Source: Eledone cirrhosa (Eukaryota). Taken from it: DNA of 64,000 bases. Shown here in pieces: positions 56,205 through 64,000 of this stretch (position 1 is the stretch's first letter; every line of letters begins with the position of its first letter). A model generated the notes under the pieces. The model was not told the DNA's origin. It made no database searches and worked only from the letters and a program-made list of their open reading frames with translations. A program made the translations under genes and the position numbers. The stretch lies in contig OZ024743.1 in assembly GCA_964016885.1 (NCBI GenBank), positions 78,430,001 to 78,494,000 of the forward strand, written 5' to 3'.

Positions 56205-57290
<1,086 letters not shown>

Positions 57291-57364
57291 GTCAGAATTG
57301 TTAAACGGTTTAACCGACTTTTTAACTCTTCATGGACCAGTTATCATAGGTTTTATTATTATTA

Positions 57365-57580
57365 ATTGGCAGAATCGGTAGAGCGTCGGACACCATGTTT
57401 TATAACATTGAGTTACGGCCCATTATGATCAGGGTTCAAATCCCACCGAGGTTACCTTTGTCTTTCATCCTTACAGGCTTGATAAATTAAAGTACCAGTA
57501 ATACATTGGTGTCGATTTAATACATTTTTACCTCTCCCCCAAATTGTTGGCCTTGTGCCTATATAAGTAACCATTATCAT
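57365..57580 (+). mobile_element. Full-length Meta-domain-like SINE
   Basis: tggcagaatcggtagagc A box, ggttcaaatccc B box. Confidence 0.85.
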
Positions 57581-57618
57581 CATCATCATCATCATCTGCA
57601 GCTCAGGGGTTTACGAAA

Positions 57619-57805
57619 GAAGGGAGGTAACTCCCAGCTGTCCACAATGTTCCCTAATAAGGGAGGTAACTACCAGCTGTCCACAGTGTTCCCTAATAAG
57701 GGAGGTAACTAACAGCTGTCCACATGGGTTCCCTAATAAGGGAGTTAATTACCAGCTGCCCACAGTGTTCCCAAATAAGGGAAGTAACTACCAGCTACCC
57801 ACTGT
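57619..57805. repeat. 39-bp tandem repeat, about 5 copies
   Basis: aagggaggtaactaccagctgtccacagtgttccctaat. Confidence 0.9.
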
Positions 57806-57878
57806 ACCTACTCAATAATTTACTGTCCCTCTTTATCATGCAGCTTAAATCATCCTTGAACAGGGGTTTCTGAATTAG

Positions 57879-58240
57879 TCACGAGGCCAACAATTAGGGG
57901 GGAGGGGAATGTCAATTAAAAGTCGACCCTAGTATATTACTGTTACAATATAATACCCTAGTCTATTACTGTTACTATATTAAACCCTAGTCTATTACTG
58001 TTACTATATTAAACCCTAGTATATTACTGTTACTATATTAAACCCTAGTATGTTACTGTTAAAATATTAAACCCTAGTATATTACTGTTACTATATTAAA
58101 CCCTAGTATATTACTACTACTATATTATATCATAGTATATTACTGTTATTATATTATACCCTAGTATATTACTGTTACTATATTATACCCTAGTATATTA
58201 CTACTACTATATTATACCCTAGTATAATATAGTAGTAGTA
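57879..58240 (-). repeat. SINE 3' part running into a 29-bp minisatellite derived from its internal segment
   Basis: accctagtatattactg is the reverse complement of the SINE cagtaat..actggggt segment; about 10 units. Confidence 0.8.
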
Positions 58241-58249
58241 ATACTGCAG

Positions 58250-59848
58250 AAAGTGTCGCCGCAAGTGGCTTACCAGACGAGGTGTTTGCCACCGTGGAAC
58301 GGGAAAATGGTCATGCCATCTGGCCTTTTGCCGTCCCCTCGCTCCAGCCCAACCGGCTCGAGCTAGGAAGGGAAGCCTGCAGCGACCAAGCCATGCTTTA
58401 TGACCTCATTGAGGGCAGCATGGCGTGGAATACGGCCGGCACTGTGGCGACAGGAAAGCGGATGGAGGCCGAAAGATTCCACGGTGGATCCACAGCGACA
58501 TTGGTGTGGTTCGCAGATCCGGAGGCCAAGCCTCAAGGAAACGCCGATTCGCAGGCTATGGTTGTCTAGCTGCGTGCCAGTGGAGAAGGGGGGCAGGGCA
58601 TGGAGCCAGGAGCAACTGTGGGGTCTGGAGGCCGCACGAAAACAGGCAAGGCGGTGCTGGTCGAGCCGGCGCGTGAGCCTGTCTGAAGCCAGGCTGCACT
58701 GGATGGCATCCCAAGTGCTTTGGGAGGACTTCACGTCAGCAGAGGTAGAAGGAGGAAGGACGTCTACTGGGGTAAGTCCCAGCCGGTCCCACGTCTCTCA
58801 GGCGGCCTCACATTCTCTGAACAGAGGGTTCTATTGTGTTTTGGAGAACACTGCTAGCGAGGACGCGGCATGAGGTTACAGACGAAAGAAATGCCGACAA
58901 AGCCAGTGAGATCGGGGACCGGAAGCCAAGGCCGCCATACCTGACAGGTAAAGTCACCTGTTGGCATCCAATGACGTCAAACCTGACATTGCATATCTCC
59001 TCGGTTGCTGCTCGGATACAAGTATCGAGGTCAGCGAGGAGAGATGCGTGGGTGTAGCACGGAGCGCTGCGAAGGGTATAGAGGAGCTTCGGCATGGCGA
59101 AGCAGTTCCGTCGATCAAACCCAGTCGGCTCGTGAGGGTCTGGAACTGTTGAAGCCTGGACCTGATGGTGGAGCGGATGGATCGGTGACCCGAGGATGAG
59201 GACATCCTCTTTGGGGGTCACCTGTACCTGGCGGTGAATGGACCGCACGCCCGAGACGGAGGCTGCAAAGATCTCAGCATCGTGGCTGACATTTACCACT
59301 TCCGACTTGGCCGAGTTGACCTGGAGGCCGATTCCCACCAGGGCAGGAACCTCCGATTGTAGGTCATGGCAGATAGTCTGTACAGGCCCGCCCAACATAG
59401 CATCATCCAGATACCAAACGTTGAGATGGGCCATGATACTCCGGACGATGTGGTCTATGACCGTATCAGCAGCAAGGAGCATGCTCGGGGCTCCATACGA
59501 GAGGTAGGCCAGCGGGTAGGCAGAGGGGGCTCGGCTGAGGCAGGCATCGAGCAGATGGTCTCGCCGTATGCAGTTAAAAGCATTCCCCATGTCAAGCTTG
59601 ACAATGAGGTGCCTGAAGTCCCTGGATGCCGATTCCGGTGGGGAGCTGTTGAAGAACCGTCTGGTTGCATGTGCGGCCCCCTCACAGCCATCGGACACGC
59701 CGACACCCAGTTGCACCGGACTGAACTCCTCACCCAGTTCGGGTGTTATGGACCTGCAGACCACCTTGGCAGCCAGCCTCCGGAAGACATTGCCCACAAC
59801 GATGGGGCGTATGCCACCCTCTTTCTTCCCGAGAGCGGTGAGGCTAGC
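58250..59848 (-). mobile_element. CRE-clade non-LTR retrotransposon fragment (RT, zinc knuckle, RLE), decayed
   Basis: GGIRPIVVGNVFRRLAAK, QLGVG, KLDMGNAFN, WYLDD, LPVRYGGLG, WLHALP, LRLG..CRCG..HPLSC..RHAALN, GKRPDG; QGDP motif region deleted. Confidence 0.9.
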
Positions 59849-59957
59849 CGAAACACTTATTATTTTACATTACTCTGGAGTGAACAAACTAACCTGCGTA
59901 CTTCGTTGAGTGCTCCTAACTGCATACTGAGGTGTCGGTAAACAACCAACACATACT

Positions 59958-59992
<35 letters not shown>

Positions 59993-59996
59993 ATAA

Positions 59997-60099
59997 AGAG
60001 TGGCGACCCGACAGCTGAGCGCTTGCCGTTTCAACAGCTAGTTCTCGACTGGAAGTAGCTGTTAAAACGGTAAGAGCTCAGCCGTCAGGCCCCGACTCT
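59997..60099. repeat. Imperfect palindrome homologous to 17656-17764
   Basis: ccgacagctgagc..ccgtttcaacagcta / tagctgttaaaacggt..gctcagccgtc. Confidence 0.8.
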
Positions 60100-61594
60100 A
60101 TAATATAACCATAGTCTACTATCCCAAGTACCGAGTACTCTGTTGAGTAATGGTTTAACTATTTTATCTGGTTCTATTCTGATATATCCTATGTTATAGC
60201 TCAACCTACCTTTTCCTATCGAAAACCGTAACATCAGTAACAAGTTTGACCTGATCTCTAAGATTTCATGTGTCATTTATACAACCACAGGAGCCAGTCA
60301 GAACCAACGACTTGTTTGACATTCTTACATCAGTTCAGTTTTCCAGCACCTTCCTTACGATCCTTGCGATTCCTATTAATGTGGTTTTCTATAATATATT
60401 TGTTGGAATTTCGATCCCAATATTCCAATATTGCTCGTGTTTCCATTAATAAAAAATGGTGGAGTGTGGGGTAGATTGTATTGTTCCAATTGGTGGAATG
60501 TACTTATTCCATCTATCTGTCTGGCATCTGATGGAAGCAGTTATCATTTACCAAACATCTGTTGGTCTAAATTATTCCAAGGAACGGGCAGACATATCAC
60601 ATTACTGTATTACTGTCAGCCTCATGCAATAAGATTATAAATGATTAAAGTTGCTGTCAGCTAGAGATAGTTTTACTAACCCAACTCTAATCCAGCAACT
60701 GCTTCTTATCTGCATTTGTTAACCAATCTATCTTGCACATTTTCCTTTCTTATATATTTACTCAAGATTTTTAACGTCTATTTTTTTGGTTCGTTTTTTT
60801 TTTTATTTTGGTTCGTATTTCTAATTTTTGTCTTCTTTCAAAAATTCTTTTTTCGGTGGTTCTTCTGTCTAATATTGGTTTTGATTGGTTTTCCAAGTAA
60901 AAGTGGCGATAATTAAAGAATTGGTGATTCTATTTAAGGAAGTACTTCGTTACATGAAAAAAAATAGAAAACTTTACTGAAACATTCTAATGGTAAAACA
61001 GAAGCAGGAAGTGACAGATAGGAACGAGAATTAAAACATCCGCACTGATGATACATACATGTACAGAAACAGGTACACACTGTATAGAAAGTCACACACA
61101 CATATATCCATGTACAGAAACATGTATACATTGTACACACTGTATAGAAAGTTACACACACACACACACGCACACACGCACATATACATATATATATATA
61201 TGTGTGTGTGTAGAGAGAGAGAGGGGGAAGAAGGAAAGAGAATGATGAATTTATATATATATATATGTTTGTATATACATATATTTACGCAAATACACAC
61301 ATACACTCACATACACACACACATATATGTGTGTGTGTGTGTAGAGAGAGAGGGGGGGGGGAGAAAGAAAGAGATAGATGAATATACATATATATGTTTC
61401 TGTATATATATATATATACATATATTTACGCAAATACACACAAGCTCGCGCGTAGATATAGAAACATTCGTTACACAGAAACATACATTCACATAGATAT
61501 AGGGAGGAATACAGACGACCATATATATACACACATAGAGGGTGTATAAATTTATATACATTCAAAATAGTTTGAATTCTCTGGTGAAAACTGA

Positions 61595-61760
61595 GAGAGG
61601 GTGCTTGCCCTGGTGGTCAGGGGCCCGTGGTCTTCGCCACGAGTAAACCTCGGAAGTTTCCCCCCTATTGGGGAATTTTTGTTGTTTGAATTTTTTTGAT
61701 ATTTCTATCTTCTTGTTATAACCTTTTTACACGGCCAAAACCCACTTTGAATCGTCCTGT
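61595..61760 (+). mobile_element. Second copy of the 3' UTR repeat at ~970-1140
   Basis: gcttgccct..ggtcaggg..ccacgagt..cctcggaagt..ccccctattggggaatttt. Confidence 0.7.
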
Positions 61761-62086
61761 AATATAGGTCGGTAGAGTTTATACTATTGATCTAATTCCT
61801 CTTTATAACGCTCTGATATAAAGTTATCCCGGTGACCGCTTAAGTATGGTATCAACCAAAGTGAATGTAAGCAGAGTCAGATGAAGCGATCATATAGTGG
61901 AACTCCATGTATCCATCACAGTATGGCGACAAGTGTTATAAGTGGCGTTCAAATGCAATTTATCTGTGTGGTTCACAGAACATATAGGTCGCTAAAGCAA
62001 AGCGTAGTGGAAGCAGGTGAAAGCAATCATCATATATATCAGTAGAACATAACGTTTGCGTGTGTGTATGTGTGTAAGTCTACATA

Positions 62087-62149
<63 letters not shown>

Positions 62150-63153
62150 ATACATGTATCTACGTGTTCCACTCGTCCGTGTTATCCCTTATGATTACAA
62201 TATCATCTACTCCAGTCTCATGCCGTGATCAATACCTCCGCATCATAGCTGTGGGGCTGTGAGTCTATGCAATCCTAAGTTTCCCAGCATACCACGTGGT
62301 GTAATAAATAACTCAAATTATCCAAGTCATATAGGTATAGATGTAACTATACATATCGAGCTGTAAGGTACATTCGGCGCATCCACAGTATCGCTTACTA
62401 TATTCCAACCTGCTACAATCGTAATCCAATATGCTTAAATTTAATTAATTAAATCAAATCAATTGACCGTTTAATTCCAGTGTTTACAGCGTTCAGGCGC
62501 TTCTGTGTTCTTCAGTTTGCCCACATTCAAAGATCAACACTCAGAATATGATGACGTAGTAAACATTTCGAGTGGACATCATAACGCTCCTAGCAGGCCG
62601 GCCATTCCCTTGGGGGTAGAGTAAGGGAGGTCAGTCTGGCCGTCTATTTACGAAGATACATATTAAATCATTCCGTGAAAAGGGAGACAACTCTAGATTG
62701 TACCCATTTTTACCAAACCCGCCAGGGACAATCAACGCAATATCAAATACCCCCCTGGTATGAGCTGCTCACGCACACTGAGGCCGGTTATGGCATTAAT
62801 GTCAGGTTCACCCATAGCACGAGATATTAATAATCACTATAGTCTGCTATAGGAGCAATCCTTTTGCGACCCATACATATATACCACTGTTGTTCGCCGT
62901 ATTTCTACATTGATTGATCTCTATGAACGCAGGGTGATCTTACCACACTAAGATGTAGCATTCCTCAAATTCAGGTCAAATCCAGCGAGATCGAAGTTGG
63001 GGTCCCCCTTCATACCAGTTGGGTGCGGGAACATTAAGGGGTATGCAAGTTGAAGAGATAAATGAGTGCTAAAGAAAAGAAAAAGAAAAATAACCTAAGT
63101 TAAGAACGGCTTATCTAGATACACGGCTTAAAATAGAAGAAATAGCTTAGGAT

Positions 63154-63392
63154 TCAAAATATCTCAGATTTCCTATTGAGCAGGTTTTGTCTGGAGTAAA
63201 CTATGGCATGAGTTTCCAGAAGGCACAGGTTACACATTTTGCTCGGTAGGCGATAAGGTGCAGACTTACCCACCTGTCTCCAATTAAGAGTATAGGAGGT
63301 GACGGCTTTTTTTAAAACAGAAATATAGCCTGCCAACGAGGTTGTATTCTTAAGCCTATCATGCCTAAAGGTGCTTCTATGTGAGTTATATA
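63154..63392 (-). mobile_element. PLE GIY-YIG C-terminal fragment
   Basis: YNSHRSTFRH..TSLAGYI..W..PY..CNLCLLE..LLNRKSEI. Confidence 0.85.
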
Positions 63393-63552
63393 TATATAAT
63401 AACAACAATAGTAACAACAACAACAATAGTAAGAAGAACAGTAAACAAATTAGACAAGAGTAGGTAACTAACAAGGAAAAGGATGTATTATTTCTGGGTG
63501 TATTGCAGAGAAAAGACAGCTTGAGATAACATTGTGTTTACCACATATTGAT

Positions 63553-63553
63553 G

Positions 63554-63607
<54 letters not shown>

Positions 63608-63625
63608 CGTGTGTGTGTGTGTGTG

Positions 63626-63699
<74 letters not shown>

Positions 63700-63902
63700 A
63701 GTGTGTGAGTGTGTGAGTGTGTGAGTGTGTGTGTGAGTGTGTGTCTGTGAGTGTGATGTGTGTGTGAGTGTGTGTGAGTGTGTGTGAGTGTGTGTGAGTG
63801 TGTGTGTTTGTGTGTGTGTGTGTGTGAGTGAGTGTCTGTGTGAGTGTGTGTGTTTGTGTGTGTGTGTGTGTGTGAGAGAGAGTCTCTGTGTGTATGAGTG
63901 TG

Positions 63903-63992
<90 letters not shown>

Positions 63993-64000
63993 TGTGTGTG
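63553..64000. repeat. (TA)n then (TG)n/(TGAG) microsatellite
   Basis: Direct reading. Confidence 0.95.

Noticed and set aside
57926-58240. Telomere-like aaaccctag
   Set aside because: Explained by the SINE-derived unit; no tandem TTAGGG
62470-62520. Minus-strand CTGAAGA downstream of the 63154 PLE fragment
   Set aside because: No GAAA/UH or stem I complement found

Overview
Eukaryotic, repeat-dominated DNA with no recognisable host protein-coding exon. The SINE types and microsatellite load suggest a cephalopod/mollusc genome (inference). The window holds: one apparently intact R4/Dong-type RLE LINE ORF (1130 aa); decayed Penelope-like (PLE), RTE, CRE and L1/Tx1 fragments; many tRNA-derived SINEs; a well-formed tRNA-Arg(CCT); a 22.6-kb 40/41-bp satellite with a ~2.8-2.9 kb higher-order repeat; and several minisatellites, two of them visibly amplified from SINE segments. 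The most striking region is 13-25 kb. There, short modules separated by (TA)n tracts carry nine type I hammerhead-ribozyme motifs from several sequence families. Three of these have a compensatory U3-A8 core. There are also fold-back palindromes built from only the 3' half of a hammerhead (17.7, 24.7 and 60.0 kb). All calls were made by eye, and boundaries of decayed repeats are approximate.
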